A stretch of DNA of 64,000 nt from an uncultured Eubacteriales bacterium. GTDB taxonomy: Bacteria; Bacillota; Clostridia; Oscillospirales; CAG-272. This document shows, piece after piece, positions 54,408 through 64,000 of the stretch. Below the pieces are notes generated by a model that saw only the letters and a list, made by a program, of their open reading frames with translations, was not told where the DNA came from and did not search any database. The stretch spans positions 25,678 through 89,677 of the forward strand of contig CAKSER010000005.1 in assembly GCA_934447715.1 (NCBI GenBank). The letters run 5' to 3'. A program made the position numbers and the translations under genes. Position 1 is the stretch's first letter, and each line of letters starts with the position of its first letter.

Positions 54408-55499
54408 TCATTTCGGGTAGATAGTCCCTCCGCCGAGAACCGTGTCTTCGTCATAAAGCACCGCTGCCTGCCCCGGAGTTATGGCTCTCTGGGGCTCGTC
54501 AAAGATTATCCGGACGGCATTTTCGCTAAGCGGTATTACGGTCGCAGGCTGTTCGGGCTGGCGGTAACGGATTTTTGCCTTGCAGCGAAATTCCTTTTCC
54601 GGAGCCCTGCCGCTTATCCAGTTGAAATCCGAGACGTAAGCCTCTGTGCTGAACAGATCCTTGTTTTTCCCTAGAACGACGGTATTGCTTTCGGGGCAGA
54701 TTTTGCAGACATAAAGCGGCTCCGAGCTTGAAATTCCGAGTCCCTTTCTCTGACCTATCGTGTAATGTATTACTCCCTTGTGCTTTCCGAGAGGCTTGCC
54801 GTCAAAGTCGACAAAATCCCCCTCCTTCGGCTTGCAGCCGGTTCTCAGCTCAATAACACCGGCATAATCGCCGTCGGGCACAAAGCAGATATCCTGGCTG
54901 TCCGGCTTTGCGGCATTGATAAAGCCGTTTTGCTCCGCCATTTCGCGAACCTCGGTTTTTTTGAAATTCCCGAGCGGCAGCTTTGTTTTTGCAAGCTGCT
55001 CCTGTGTCATCGAATACAGCACATAGCTCTGATCCTTTGTTATATCAAGCGCCTTTTTTAAAACAAAGCAGCCGTCATGCTCCTCGATTCTTGCGTAATG
55101 TCCGGTTACGACATAATCGCAGCCGAGAATTTCCGCGCGTTCAAAGAGCTTTCCGAATTTTAAATAGCGGTTGCAGTCGATGCACGGATTCGGAGTTATA
55201 CCGTGCTGATAGCTTTCGATGAACCTTTTTATAACGGTATTGTTAAAGTCCATCGTAAAATTGAACACAAAGTACTGCATGCCGAGTCTGTAGGCGACGC
55301 TGCGCGCGTCCTCCACGTCCTCAAGCGAGCAGCAGGTTTTCGTGCGCTCAATGCCGATATCCTCGTTATTAAACAGCTTCATCGTACAGCCTATGCACTC
55401 AAAGCCTTCGTCGATCATCAATTTGGCAGCAAGCGAGGAATCCACTCCTCCGCTCATTGCAATCAGTGCCTTTTTCATTGTATTATAAGTCCTTTTCAC
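54408..55499 (-). CDS. mnmA: tRNA 2-thiouridine(34) synthase
   Basis: PP-loop AMSGGVDSS plus the conserved MnmA layout and length. An alternative start lies at 55478. Confidence 0.9.
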   Translation of the reverse strand: MKRTYNTMKKALIAMSGGVDSSLAAKLMIDEGFECIGCTMKLFNNEDIGIERTKTCCSLEDVEDARSVAYRLGMQYFVFNFTMDFNNTVIKRFIESYQHGITPNPCIDCNRYLKFGKLFERAEILGCDYVVTGHYARIEEHDGCFVLKKALDITKDQSYVLYSMTQEQLAKTKLPLGNFKKTEVREMAEQNGFINAAKPDSQDICFVPDGDYAGVIELRTGCKPKEGDFVDFDGKPLGKHKGVIHYTIGQRKGLGISSSEPLYVCKICPESNTVVLGKNKDLFSTEAYVSDFNWISGRAPEKEFRCKAKIRYRQPEQPATVIPLSENAVRIIFDEPQRAITPGQAAVLYDEDTVLGGGTIYPK

Positions 55500-56040
55500 A
55501 GCTTCTCATTGCCGGAATCGTCTTTGATATCAGATCGTCAAGCGTCCATCCCAGCATATCTGCGCCGCGCTCGATTACTTCTCTTGAGCAGCCTGCGGCA
55601 AAATTCGCGTTTTTATATTTTTTCTTTACGGATTTAAGCTCCAGATCCGAAACGCTCTTTGACGGGCGCATGAGCGCGACCGCGCCGATTAGACCTGTAA
55701 GCTCGTCTACGGCATAAAGCACCTTTTCCATTTCGTGCTCCGGCACAATGTCGACCGTCAGCATATATCCGTGGCTTGATACCGCATGGATCAGCCGCTC
55801 GTCGATTCCTCTTTCTCTTAGGATTTCCTGCTCCTTTATGCAGTGACTGTCCGGATACTGCTCAAAATCGAGGTCGTGAAGAATGCCGACAGACTCCCAA
55901 AAATCCGCCTCGCCACCGTATCCGAGCTCGTTTGCAAACCAGCGCATGACGCCTCCGACGGTTTTTCCGTGATTTAAATGGAATTCTCCCTTGTTATATT
56001 CTTTAAGTAATTCAAATGCTTCCTTTGGTGTAGGCGTCAT
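55483..56040 (-). CDS. HD/HDIG domain phosphohydrolase
   Basis: H...ILHDLD motif. Confidence 0.75.
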   Translation of the reverse strand: MTPTPKEAFELLKEYNKGEFHLNHGKTVGGVMRWFANELGYGGEADFWESVGILHDLDFEQYPDSHCIKEQEILRERGIDERLIHAVSSHGYMLTVDIVPEHEMEKVLYAVDELTGLIGAVALMRPSKSVSDLELKSVKKKYKNANFAAGCSREVIERGADMLGWTLDDLISKTIPAMRSCEKDL

Positions 56041-56116
56041 TTTAAAATCCCCTCGATTCTATACGGTCACAGACTGAAATTTACTGTAGATATTATAGTT
56101 TCTTTGCGCGGTCTTG

Positions 56117-57487
56117 TCAAGCAGCGCTCTTCCGCATCAATCCCTGCCTGCGCTTTAAGCCTGCAAAGGCGATAAGACAAATTATAACCGAAAGCAGCGA
56201 GCCTGCCGAGGTTGCAAGACCCATCGGGAAAAGGGTTGACGAAAACAGTTTTGAGGTAAGATAAACTCCCGGGACACGCACAAGGGCAATGGCAAGGATA
56301 TTGTGCATAAACGACAGCCCGGATTTTCCGCAGGCGCAGAAATAGCCGCTGAAGCAGAAATGTATTCCGGCAAAAATGCAGTCGAAAATATATCCGCGAA
56401 GATACTGTCCTCCGAGGCGGACCACCTCGGCACCGTCGGATGTGCCCCGATCGGTGAACAGCGCAACAATCGGCTCTGCCGTGAACTGAACAACAGCCGT
56501 CACGATAATTCCGAAGCCGACGGCAAGCATGATTGCATACCGAAGCGTTTTTTCGGCTCTCTCCGGCTTTTCGGCACCGAAATTCTGTGCGCCGAGCGCC
56601 GAAACCGAGGACAGCATCGAGGACGGGATCAAAAACAGGAAGCTGATGATCTTTTCCACAATTCCGACCGCTGCCGCATCGTTTAAGCCGCGATGGTTTG
56701 CAATAACCGTAATTACAATAAACGCAATCTGAATAAGCCCGTCCTGAAAGGCGATAGGAACACCGATTTTAAGAATTTTTCCCATAACGGGGCGGCTGGG
56801 CTTAAAATCCTCTTTTTTTATCGAAATGCTCTTTCTTTTCAGGATGACGGCAAGAGAAACGGCAACGCTGATTGCCTGTGAAAGCGTTGTACCGAGCGCC
56901 GCGCCGACAGGTCCGAGATGCATAACGCCGATAAATAGATAATCAAGACCGATATTAAAGGCGCACGCGACGGCGATAAAGTACATCGGGCTTTTGCTGT
57001 CGCCGAGTCCGCGGAAGATCGAGCTTATGATGTTGTACGCCGTAATAAACGGAATTCCGATAAAGCAGACGGTAAGATATGCCGCCGTGCCGTCAATTGC
57101 CTTTTCGGGGGTTGACATCACAAGGACAATCGGATTTACAAGGAGCAGCAGAAGCACGGTAAGACCGACAGAAAGAGACATGAACAGCGTCACGGTGTTT
57201 CCGATGTCCTTAGCCGCCTGTCTTTTATTACCCGAGCCGATTGCCTGTCCGATACTGACCGTCGTTCCAATAGCAAGACCCACAATCATGACGGTGAGCA
57301 TGTGCATGACCTGCGAGCCGATCGAGACTGCGGTCGTTCCGGCAACGTTCTCAAACTGCCCGACAATAAACAGATCCGCCATTCCGTAAAGCGTCTGCAA
57401 AAAGTATGAGAGCAGATACGGCAGCGAGAAAAGCAGCAGATTTTTAAGCACGCTTCCGGTTGTAAGTCTGTTTTCTGTTTGCTCCAT
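56117..57487 (-). CDS. MATE family efflux transporter
   Basis: 456 aa, about 12 TM segments, N-terminal LLLFSLPYLLSYFLQTLYGMADLFIVG typical of MATE. Confidence 0.85.
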   Translation of the reverse strand: MEQTENRLTTGSVLKNLLLFSLPYLLSYFLQTLYGMADLFIVGQFENVAGTTAVSIGSQVMHMLTVMIVGLAIGTTVSIGQAIGSGNKRQAAKDIGNTVTLFMSLSVGLTVLLLLLVNPIVLVMSTPEKAIDGTAAYLTVCFIGIPFITAYNIISSIFRGLGDSKSPMYFIAVACAFNIGLDYLFIGVMHLGPVGAALGTTLSQAISVAVSLAVILKRKSISIKKEDFKPSRPVMGKILKIGVPIAFQDGLIQIAFIVITVIANHRGLNDAAAVGIVEKIISFLFLIPSSMLSSVSALGAQNFGAEKPERAEKTLRYAIMLAVGFGIIVTAVVQFTAEPIVALFTDRGTSDGAEVVRLGGQYLRGYIFDCIFAGIHFCFSGYFCACGKSGLSFMHNILAIALVRVPGVYLTSKLFSSTLFPMGLATSAGSLLSVIICLIAFAGLKRRQGLMRKSAA

Positions 57488-57576
57488 TTTTGACCTTCCT
57501 TGAATCCTACTTGCCTATATTAATACAAAAACGACGTGAAAACGCCGATGCCGTTTAAAATTACTAAGGAATTTAC

Positions 57577-57613
57577 AATATCCACATCCGCGCGCTGCGC
57601 GGATGTGGATATT
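57577..57613. repeat. perfect 17-bp-stem hairpin / palindrome
   Basis: AATATCCACATCCGCGC-GCT-GCGCGGATGTGGATATT. Confidence 0.95.
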
Positions 57614-57734
57614 ATACCACCTTTAGCTGCTGCCGCGTCAAGAGGAAAAATGTACAATCTAAAAGACACGCATGCCGCCTTCCGTTGTGTTATCTGCTTT
57701 GTGCGGAGCATACAGGCATATGCCGCCTTACAGC

Positions 57735-57763
57735 TTGACTTGCATAAAGGTTTTTGATATACT
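57735..57763 (+). promoter_or_regulatory. promoter of the deaminase-like gene
   Basis: TTGACT, 17-nt spacer, TATACT. Confidence 0.6.
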
Positions 57764-57798
57764 GAGATTATTCGGATTTTACCCTTACGGAGGCTTTT

Positions 57799-58245
57799 AT
57801 GAGAAATTATGAAATAGAAAAAGAAATGTACAAAAAGGCAGCAGAGCTGATAGAAAAAAGATATCCCGAGGGCTGGGGCGGAGCCGGGGTTGTCCGCACC
57901 TCAAAGGGGCATTTCTTTACAAGCGTCAGCATTGAAACAGCCAATGCCTCTGCCGTTTTGTGCATCGAGACCGGAGCAATGCTCGAAGCGCACAAATACA
58001 ACGAAAAGGTTTCCCACTGCATGTGCCTTGTCCGCGAGGATGAAAATTCTCCTTACAAGGTACTGTCTCCGTGCGGCATCTGCCAGGAGAGGCTTAGGTA
58101 TTGGGGAGAGGATGTGCAGGTGGCAGTTACAACAGACGATGAAGAAATCAAATTTGTAGAGCTTAAAGAGCTGCAGCCCTATCACTGGACCAAAATTTAT
58201 CCTGCCGATGAGCTTGAGCACTGGGAAGAAAGCAGAGAAGATTGA
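57799..58245 (+). CDS. cytidine/blasticidin-S deaminase-fold protein
   Basis: LCIETG (C-x-E) and SPCGICQERL zinc-ligand motifs. Confidence 0.65.
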   Translation: MRNYEIEKEMYKKAAELIEKRYPEGWGGAGVVRTSKGHFFTSVSIETANASAVLCIETGAMLEAHKYNEKVSHCMCLVREDENSPYKVLSPCGICQERLRYWGEDVQVAVTTDDEEIKFVELKELQPYHWTKIYPADELEHWEESRED

Positions 58246-58265
58246 ATAGTGAATATCTAAAAATA

Positions 58266-58296
58266 ACAGCTGTCCATTTAGGGCAGCTGTTTTTTT
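58266..58296. terminator. bidirectional terminator
   Basis: ACAGCTGTCC-ATTTA-GGGCAGCTGT followed by TTTTTT. Confidence 0.8.
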
Positions 58297-58306
58297 AGAG
58301 GTTAAG

Positions 58307-58453
58307 TTATACCTTCCAACCGGCAGCCTGACTGCGCTCGACTACAAAGCGGCGGTAAAGACCGTCTTTTTCTACAAGCTCATCGTGTGTGCCCTGCTGA
58401 ACGATCCTTCCGTGATCTAAAACGAAGATCATATCGGCATTGCGCAAGAGCTT
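58307..58453 (-). pseudogene. 3'-terminal relic of an ABC-transporter ATPase gene
   Basis: The minus strand translates to KLLRNADMIFVLDHGRIVQQGTHDELVEKDGLYRRFVVERSQAAGWKV*. This is a typical ABC C-terminus, but there is no Walker or signature region upstream. Confidence 0.6.
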
Positions 58454-58605
58454 TATATATTTTTTGAAACGAATATAGCATTTCACGATGCTGTATGATA
58501 AAATATACCGTGAAGCCGTGCACTTGGCTGTCGGAGACAGAAATTTTGTGTTCCGAATGCAAAGATAAAAGTAAAAACAAGCAAAAAAAAGGCTGAAGGA
58601 GTAAA

Positions 58606-59145
58606 ATGAAAATGGTTTATACAGGACATTACAGCTCTCCGCTCGGCAAAATTCTTCTTGCGGCGGATGAATTCGGAATAAGAGGCTTATGGTTTGAGGG
58701 ACAAAAATACTTTGCGCGCGGCCTGCCGGATGAACGCACAGAAACCGAAACGCCGATACTTAAAGAGGCGGTACGCTGGCTCGACATTTATTTCAGCGGA
58801 AAGGAGCCGGATTTTACACCGCCGCTTCACCCTGTCGGCTCCGGATTCCGACAGGAGGTGTGGAAAACCCTTTTGCAGATTCCGTACGGAAAGACGATTA
58901 CCTACGGGGATATTTCAAAACAGCTTGCAATGAGGATAGGTACCGAAAGAATGTCCGCACAGGCGGTCGGAGGTGCTGTCGGGAATAACGAAATTTCGAT
59001 TATCATCCCGTGTCACCGTGTTGTCGGAGCAAACGGCTGTCTGACCGGATATGCAGGGGGAATTGACAAGAAAATCAAGCTGCTTGAGCTTGAAAAAGCC
59101 GATATGAGTCGGTTTTTTGTTCCGAAAAAAAGCACGGCACTTTGA
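58606..59145 (+). CDS. ogt: methylated-DNA-protein-cysteine methyltransferase
   Basis: IPCHRVV active site; YGDIS / GGAVGNN motifs. Confidence 0.85.
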   Translation: MKMVYTGHYSSPLGKILLAADEFGIRGLWFEGQKYFARGLPDERTETETPILKEAVRWLDIYFSGKEPDFTPPLHPVGSGFRQEVWKTLLQIPYGKTITYGDISKQLAMRIGTERMSAQAVGGAVGNNEISIIIPCHRVVGANGCLTGYAGGIDKKIKLLELEKADMSRFFVPKKSTAL

Positions 59146-59160
59146 AAAGAGTTTAAAATC

Positions 59161-59292
59161 ATGAAAATTTCGGATACAATCGAAAAGATGATCGCCTTTT
59201 ATAACGGCAATCTACATGATATCAACCATTTTCTCAAGGTCCGGGCACTTGCCAAAAGCATCGGCGAGCAGGAGAACCTTGATATGCAATAA
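59161..59292 (+). pseudogene. possible truncated N-terminal fragment of an HD-domain gene (43 codons)
   Basis: MKISDTIEKMIAFYNGNLHDINHFLKV... resembles HD-protein N-termini but stops after 43 aa, directly before a terminator. Confidence 0.35.
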
Positions 59293-59298
59293 AAAACA

Positions 59299-59363
59299 GC
59301 AGCAGCAATACAAAAGCAGACACATTTAAAATAATCATGTGTCTGCCTTTTTATTGCTGCTGC
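59299..59363. terminator. long bidirectional hairpin
   Basis: 27-nt arms (59299-59325 and 59337-59363) with 25/27 complementary. Confidence 0.75.
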
Positions 59364-59384
59364 ACAGCCAGATCGCCGTAATTT

Positions 59385-60656
59385 TTATTTTTCAACCGGT
59401 ATCTGTGCCGAAAATTCCACCTTGCCGTCATAACAGGAGAGTGTTATGGCCCCCTTGTGGGAATCGGCGACCGCTTTTGCAATGGCAAGCCCGAGGCCGA
59501 AATGACTGTCGTCGCTCCTTGCCGAATCCATGCGGTAAAACCGCTCGAAAATCTGCTTTCTCTGCTCCTTCGGAATCTCCTTTCCGTCGTTTACAACCGA
59601 CAATTTTGCAAAGCCGTGCTCGGCTTTTAAGGAAAGTGCGACCTCTTTTCCGTTTTCGCTGTGGCGGATGGCGTTATCGATCAAAATCGAAACCAGCTGC
59701 TTAAGACGCGAGGCATCTCCGTTTACAAAAATCCCGTCGGCAATATCGGCTTTAAGCGCAAGACCGTGCTCGAACGCTACGCTTTCAAACGGCAGAAGCT
59801 CACCGCTTACCAGCCGGCTGAAATCAATCTGCTCGGCTATCGGAGTGACATTTTCCATTCTGGCAAGCTCAAGCAGCTGTTTTACAAGGCTGCCCATGCG
59901 CTCGTTTTCATACTGAATGTTTGAAAGCCATCTGTTTTCCCCGATTTCCCTTGAAAGAAGCTCCGCGTTTGTACTGACGACCGAAACCGGCGTTTTAAGC
60001 TCATGCCCGGCATCCGAAATAAACTGCTTCTGCTTCTTGAAGCTCTCCTCAAGAGGAGAAACAATCCGTCTCGCAAGAAACACCGACACGACAAATACCG
60101 CAATTACCGCAACGCCTCCGAAGATCAGCGTGTTGCGGAACACGGTCGCCATGCCTCCCTGCATAATTGCGTTATCGATAAACGCAACCAGTGTATATCC
60201 GTCCTTCTGTTCCTCAAGATAGGTAAGATTCTTTATTTTGCCTGTTTTGCTTTTTCCGTTTATAATCTCGATTGCATATGCCTCAAGCGTCTCATCCGAA
60301 TACATCGTGCCGGAGGTGTTTTCTGTTTTAAGCACGGTCATGTCGTCTGCAACCGCAACAGAATAAAATGTCGAAACATCGAATTTATGCAGCTCCTCGG
60401 GCGGCTGATTATTCGGCGCATCCGGAACCTGCGGCTTATTTTTCGTTGGCTTTTGCTCTTCTCTGCCGTCCGATATGCCTGTCCCACTCGGGGCATCGAG
60501 CCTATACTGCCTTACATACTGCTCAAGCATCCGGCTGTTATCGGTATTCATCTGTGCATAGCTTGTTCCCAAAATCACGGTAAGCGTTCCGAACAGAAGC
60601 AAAACAATAGATGCCATTACGGCTACAATGATTTTTATTCTTGATCTTTTAAACAT
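59385..60656 (-). CDS. sensor histidine kinase
   Basis: H-box DAGHELKTPV and HATPase motifs. Start MFKRSR overlaps the response-regulator stop (ATGTTTAA). Confidence 0.85.
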   Translation of the reverse strand: MFKRSRIKIIVAVMASIVLLLFGTLTVILGTSYAQMNTDNSRMLEQYVRQYRLDAPSGTGISDGREEQKPTKNKPQVPDAPNNQPPEELHKFDVSTFYSVAVADDMTVLKTENTSGTMYSDETLEAYAIEIINGKSKTGKIKNLTYLEEQKDGYTLVAFIDNAIMQGGMATVFRNTLIFGGVAVIAVFVVSVFLARRIVSPLEESFKKQKQFISDAGHELKTPVSVVSTNAELLSREIGENRWLSNIQYENERMGSLVKQLLELARMENVTPIAEQIDFSRLVSGELLPFESVAFEHGLALKADIADGIFVNGDASRLKQLVSILIDNAIRHSENGKEVALSLKAEHGFAKLSVVNDGKEIPKEQRKQIFERFYRMDSARSDDSHFGLGLAIAKAVADSHKGAITLSCYDGKVEFSAQIPVEK

Positions 60657-61332
60657 TGTCGCACCTGAGCTCATAACCAAGACCCCTTACCGCCTTGATC
60701 TCCGTTTTTGCGCCGACAAAGGCCAGCTTTTTTCTTGTAAACGACATATAGACCTCAACATTATTATATTCCGCATCACTTTCATAGCCCCATATCTTCA
60801 CGGCAAGCTGCTCACGGGTCAGTATCCGGTTCTGATTTGCAATCAGATATTCCATGATTTTCCATTCCTTTTCGCTCAGCCTTACGCTCTGCCCGGTTTT
60901 GCTGCAGCAGAGCTCATAGGTCTTGCTGTCAAGAGAGATATCACCGAATTTCAGTGTGCCGTCCGACGTATCGATATTGCGCCGAAGCAGGGCGCGCAGT
61001 CTTGCAAGCAGCTCCTTTGTCATAAACGGCTTTGTAAGATAGTCGTCCGCGCCGCAGTCAAGCCCTGTCACCTTATCGTCAAGCTCCGCCTTTGCCGTCA
61101 GCATCAGAATCGGGGTGTGCACCCCGTCCTTCCGAAGATTTTTTGCAACCTCAAAACCGTTCATCTGCGGAAGCATGACATCGAGGATCATAACATCGTA
61201 AATACCGGTTTTTGCGGCATCAAGACCGGAAAGACCGTCATAAAAGCAATCCACATCATATTTTTCCTGACGCAGAAGCTCGCAAAGCGCCTGTGCCATC
61301 CTCCGCTCGTCCTCTACAAGTAAAAGCTTCAT
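60649..61332 (-). CDS. OmpR-family response regulator
   Basis: LLVEDE...DVMLP receiver domain; C-terminal winged helix. Confidence 0.9.
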   Translation of the reverse strand: MKLLLVEDERRMAQALCELLRQEKYDVDCFYDGLSGLDAAKTGIYDVMILDVMLPQMNGFEVAKNLRKDGVHTPILMLTAKAELDDKVTGLDCGADDYLTKPFMTKELLARLRALLRRNIDTSDGTLKFGDISLDSKTYELCCSKTGQSVRLSEKEWKIMEYLIANQNRILTREQLAVKIWGYESDAEYNNVEVYMSFTRKKLAFVGAKTEIKAVRGLGYELRCDNV

Positions 61333-61690
61333 ATTTTCTCCCCGTTTCTCATTCCGGCAGCCAAATCAGCGGCTGCCCGAAGTAATTGTACCATATATTA
61401 AAGCAAAAAGCATCGTTTTTTTGCGTTTTGCACCGAATTTTTCCGCAGATTATCTGCCTATACTGTATTCTGCCTTATATTTTATTTAAACATATTGAAA
61501 AAAGATTGAAAACGGCTGCAGACTTCGGGCTTTGTAAACAAAATCCCGATATATTTTTAAAAAAGCATAAAATATGCCCCTTTTGATAAACAGATGTGCT
61601 AAAATATCCTCGGGTTGCGATCTGTCCGTGCCGCGTGCGGATGCGATATTTCAGCAAAAAGGCTGTTTAAAATCAAAGGGGGCTTTTATA

Positions 61691-62095
61691 ATGATCTTGG
61701 AAAAAAGCTGTGGAGCTGTGATTTATACCGAAAAGGAAGGAAAACGGCTTTATCTTATCGAGCTTATGCAGAAGGGGCACTTTTCTATCTGCAAGGGTCA
61801 TGTGGAAAAGAACGAATCCGAGCATGAAACCGCTGCAAGAGAAATCCTTGAGGAAACCGGTCTTAAAGTCAGCTTTATTGACGGATTTCGGAAAACTGTC
61901 GAATATTCCCCCTATCACGGCTGTATGAAAACGGTGGTTTTCTTCCTCGCGCACTCCGAGTGTACCGATGTGACGGCTCAACAGGAAGAGGTAAAGGAGA
62001 TAAGCTGGCTTCCCTTTAAGGATGCAAAAGAGTTTCTTACCTATAATACCGACAAAGAAATTTTAGAGCAGGCAGAAGATTTTTTAAACAGCTGA
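61691..62095 (+). CDS. NUDIX hydrolase
   Basis: Nudix box GHVEKNESEHETAAREILEETGL; ATG after AAGGGGG. Confidence 0.85.
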   Translation: MILEKSCGAVIYTEKEGKRLYLIELMQKGHFSICKGHVEKNESEHETAAREILEETGLKVSFIDGFRKTVEYSPYHGCMKTVVFFLAHSECTDVTAQQEEVKEISWLPFKDAKEFLTYNTDKEILEQAEDFLNS

Positions 62096-62162
62096 ACTTT
62101 GATACACACAAAAAGCCGAAATATCAAGATATTAAAATATCAAACTATAAGGAGGCAAGCCT

Positions 62163-62981
62163 ATGAAGCTGACAATGCTCGGAACAGGCAACGCGCTTGT
62201 GACCGAATGCTACAACACCTGTTTTGTTCTTTTTGATGAACACGCCGATTGCGCCGACAGCAAATATTTTCTTGTCGACGGCGGAGGCGGAAACGAGATT
62301 CTTCACAAGCTGAAGCAGGCGCAGATTGATTTGCAGGACATACACACGATTTTCGTAACGCACAAGCACATCGACCACCTGATAGGAATCATCTGGCTGA
62401 TCCGTATGATCTGCCAGTCTATAAATAAGGGGAGCTATATAGGAAATGCGACAATATATGCCCACGATGAGGTGACCTCACTGCTTTACGAGATGGCAGA
62501 CAAGCTTTTGCAGAAGAAGCAAACCGAGCTTATCGGCAAGCGGCTGTTCCTTGTCCCGGTGCAGAACGGGGAAGAAAAAACAATTCTTAACCGAACAGTT
62601 ACCTTTTTCGATATTCACTCTGCAAAGGCAAAGCAGTTCGGCTTCTGCATGGAACTCGACAACGGTAAAAGACTGACCTGCTGCGGAGACGAGCCATACA
62701 ATCCATGCGAGGAAAAATATGCAAAAAACAGCAGCTGGCTTCTTCACGAGGCGTTCTGCCTGCACTCTCAGGCGGATATCTTCTCTCCGTATGAAAAGCA
62801 CCATTCGACGGTAAAGGACGCCTGCGAGCTTGCCCAAAAGCTTTCGGTCGAAAATCTGCTGCTTTATCATACCGAGGACAAGAATATTGCAAATCGCAAG
62901 GAGCTGTATACAAACGAAGGAAAAGCCTATTTTAAAGGAAACATTTTTGTCCCGGATGATCTTGAGACGATCTCTTTATAA
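62163..62981 (+). CDS. MBL-fold metallo-hydrolase
   Basis: HKHIDH (HxHxDH) motif. Confidence 0.8.
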   Translation: MKLTMLGTGNALVTECYNTCFVLFDEHADCADSKYFLVDGGGGNEILHKLKQAQIDLQDIHTIFVTHKHIDHLIGIIWLIRMICQSINKGSYIGNATIYAHDEVTSLLYEMADKLLQKKQTELIGKRLFLVPVQNGEEKTILNRTVTFFDIHSAKAKQFGFCMELDNGKRLTCCGDEPYNPCEEKYAKNSSWLLHEAFCLHSQADIFSPYEKHHSTVKDACELAQKLSVENLLLYHTEDKNIANRKELYTNEGKAYFKGNIFVPDDLETISL

Positions 62982-63036
62982 ATGCTTAAAACGCCGTGCG
63001 GCTTGACATAACGGTTTATTATAAACAAACAAAAAA

Positions 63037-63072
63037 GATGCACCCTCAAGCATGACAGGTGCATCCTTTTTT
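63037..63072 (+). terminator. rho-independent terminator
   Basis: GATGCACC-N13-GGTGCATC followed by CTTTTTTG. Confidence 0.75.
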
Positions 63073-63270
63073 GTTTTTTTGGCTGAGGACATCGAGCTCT
63101 ATTACATGCAAGGCGTTCGACCGCTTTTGTAAAGCTCCCGACAGTCTTGTCTGCGTCCATACGCTGCTTCATAATCAAATCCTCCATGCCGCAAGAGGTA
63201 TAGCCGGATGTTATCATAAACTTCTTTGACTGTCATGAAAAAAGGCGCACCAAGAGTATCGCTTTGCAGG

Positions 63271-63864
63271 TCATTTGTTGCCTGCTCTTCCATTGATGCA
63301 GGTCTGCATTACCGAAATGATCCTGTCAACAGAATCGCTGCAGTCGTCCTTGAGCCACTCGTTGATAATCGCCATAAGTCCGCTTATGTAAAACGACATC
63401 ATATATTTCATATTCTCTTTTGAGACACCGAAACGGGCAAGAATCGGCTCAAACACATGCCGGTTAAGCGCGCTGTATGCATCATCCATCCTAAGCGCCG
63501 ATGCCTGCTCGACGGTCGTACGGAAAATGCGCTTGTGCTCCTTTATATAGTTAAGATACGGCGCAAGATACTCGGGGGTGATAAGATACAGCTCATCAAG
63601 CGGACAGTTGGGCAGCCTTTCAAGAAACGAGACGGTATCTACCGGCATGAACTCGACAAACTGATTTATGATATACTGTGCGCTCTCCTCCAAAAGATCG
63701 TTTATTGTTTCGTAATGAAGATAGAAGGTCGAGCGGTTGACCTTTGCCCTTTCGCAGATTTCCTTTACCGTTATATAGGCAAAATCCTTCTTTTCGAGCA
63801 GCTCCAAAAACGCCTTATCCATACGGACGGCGGTTGCAAAATACTTACTTTCGGAGCGATTCAT
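63271..63864 (-). CDS. TetR/AcrR family transcriptional regulator
   Basis: N-terminal HTH TVKEICERAKVNRSTFYLHY. Confidence 0.85.
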   Translation of the reverse strand: MNRSESKYFATAVRMDKAFLELLEKKDFAYITVKEICERAKVNRSTFYLHYETINDLLEESAQYIINQFVEFMPVDTVSFLERLPNCPLDELYLITPEYLAPYLNYIKEHKRIFRTTVEQASALRMDDAYSALNRHVFEPILARFGVSKENMKYMMSFYISGLMAIINEWLKDDCSDSVDRIISVMQTCINGRAGNK

Positions 63865-64000
63865 CGGTATTTACCTCTCATTTCTTTTTCTTCATTGTTT
63901 TTGATTGCTTCTGTTATTTCTTTATCCGCTTTTGTTATTGCTTCGTTCGCTTCTTCTTTCAGCGCTCTTTTCATTTTTTTCGCACGGCACAGCATGTATA

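Noticed and set aside
62927-63293. Minus-strand ORFs 62927-63217 and 63102-63293 downstream of and overlapping the TetR gene
   Set aside because: They are mutually overlapping, cross the terminator at 63037-63072 and have no motifs. They may be remnants, but nothing supports that.
63861-63974. 37-codon Lys/Glu-rich ORF whose stop overlaps the TetR start (ATGA)
   Set aside because: The overlap is suggestive of coupling, but there is no Shine-Dalgarno sequence, the composition is low-complexity, and the window ends just upstream. Too weak to call.

Overview
64-kb chromosomal window from a Clostridia-type Firmicute. This is inferred from gene content; a dockerin module on the phage lysin hints at a cellulosome-bearing Ruminococcus-like host. 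Layout: (i) nt 1-3430 holds two host genes and a tRNA-Ser(CGA) locus. The locus carries an orphan exact copy of the tRNA 5' half and two ~143-bp structured tandem repeats that end in tRNA-3'-end mimics plus terminators. (ii) About nt 3435-38870 is a complete-looking ~35-kb siphovirus-type prophage, almost all on the minus strand. Its modules in order are: lipoprotein moron, XhlA/holin/amidase lysis cassette, tail, head, packaging, late regulator, DNA-modification genes (multi-TRD C5-methyltransferase, ParB-DUF4417, PAPS-reductase-like), recombination/replication genes, an iteron/AT-rich ori-like block, a CI/Cro-type switch with readable operators and divergent promoters, two DUF4352-like lipoproteins, and a large serine integrase. 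(iii) nt 38.9-64 kb is host DNA: two TetR regulators, two OmpR/histidine-kinase pairs, a phospholipid-remodelling cluster, a repeat-bearing beta-helix lipoprotein, a heterodimeric ABC exporter with MarR, mnmA, a MATE pump, ogt flanked by two gene relics, NUDIX and MBL hydrolases. No rRNA, CRISPR array, cas gene, transposase or reverse transcriptase was seen. All product names come from motif and architecture recognition by eye, with no database search. No finding is proven novel. The ones most worth follow-up are the tRNA-linked structured repeats, the dockerin-tagged endolysin, the five-repeat target-recognition region of the methyltransferase, and the split ParB-DUF4417 / PAPS-reductase pair.
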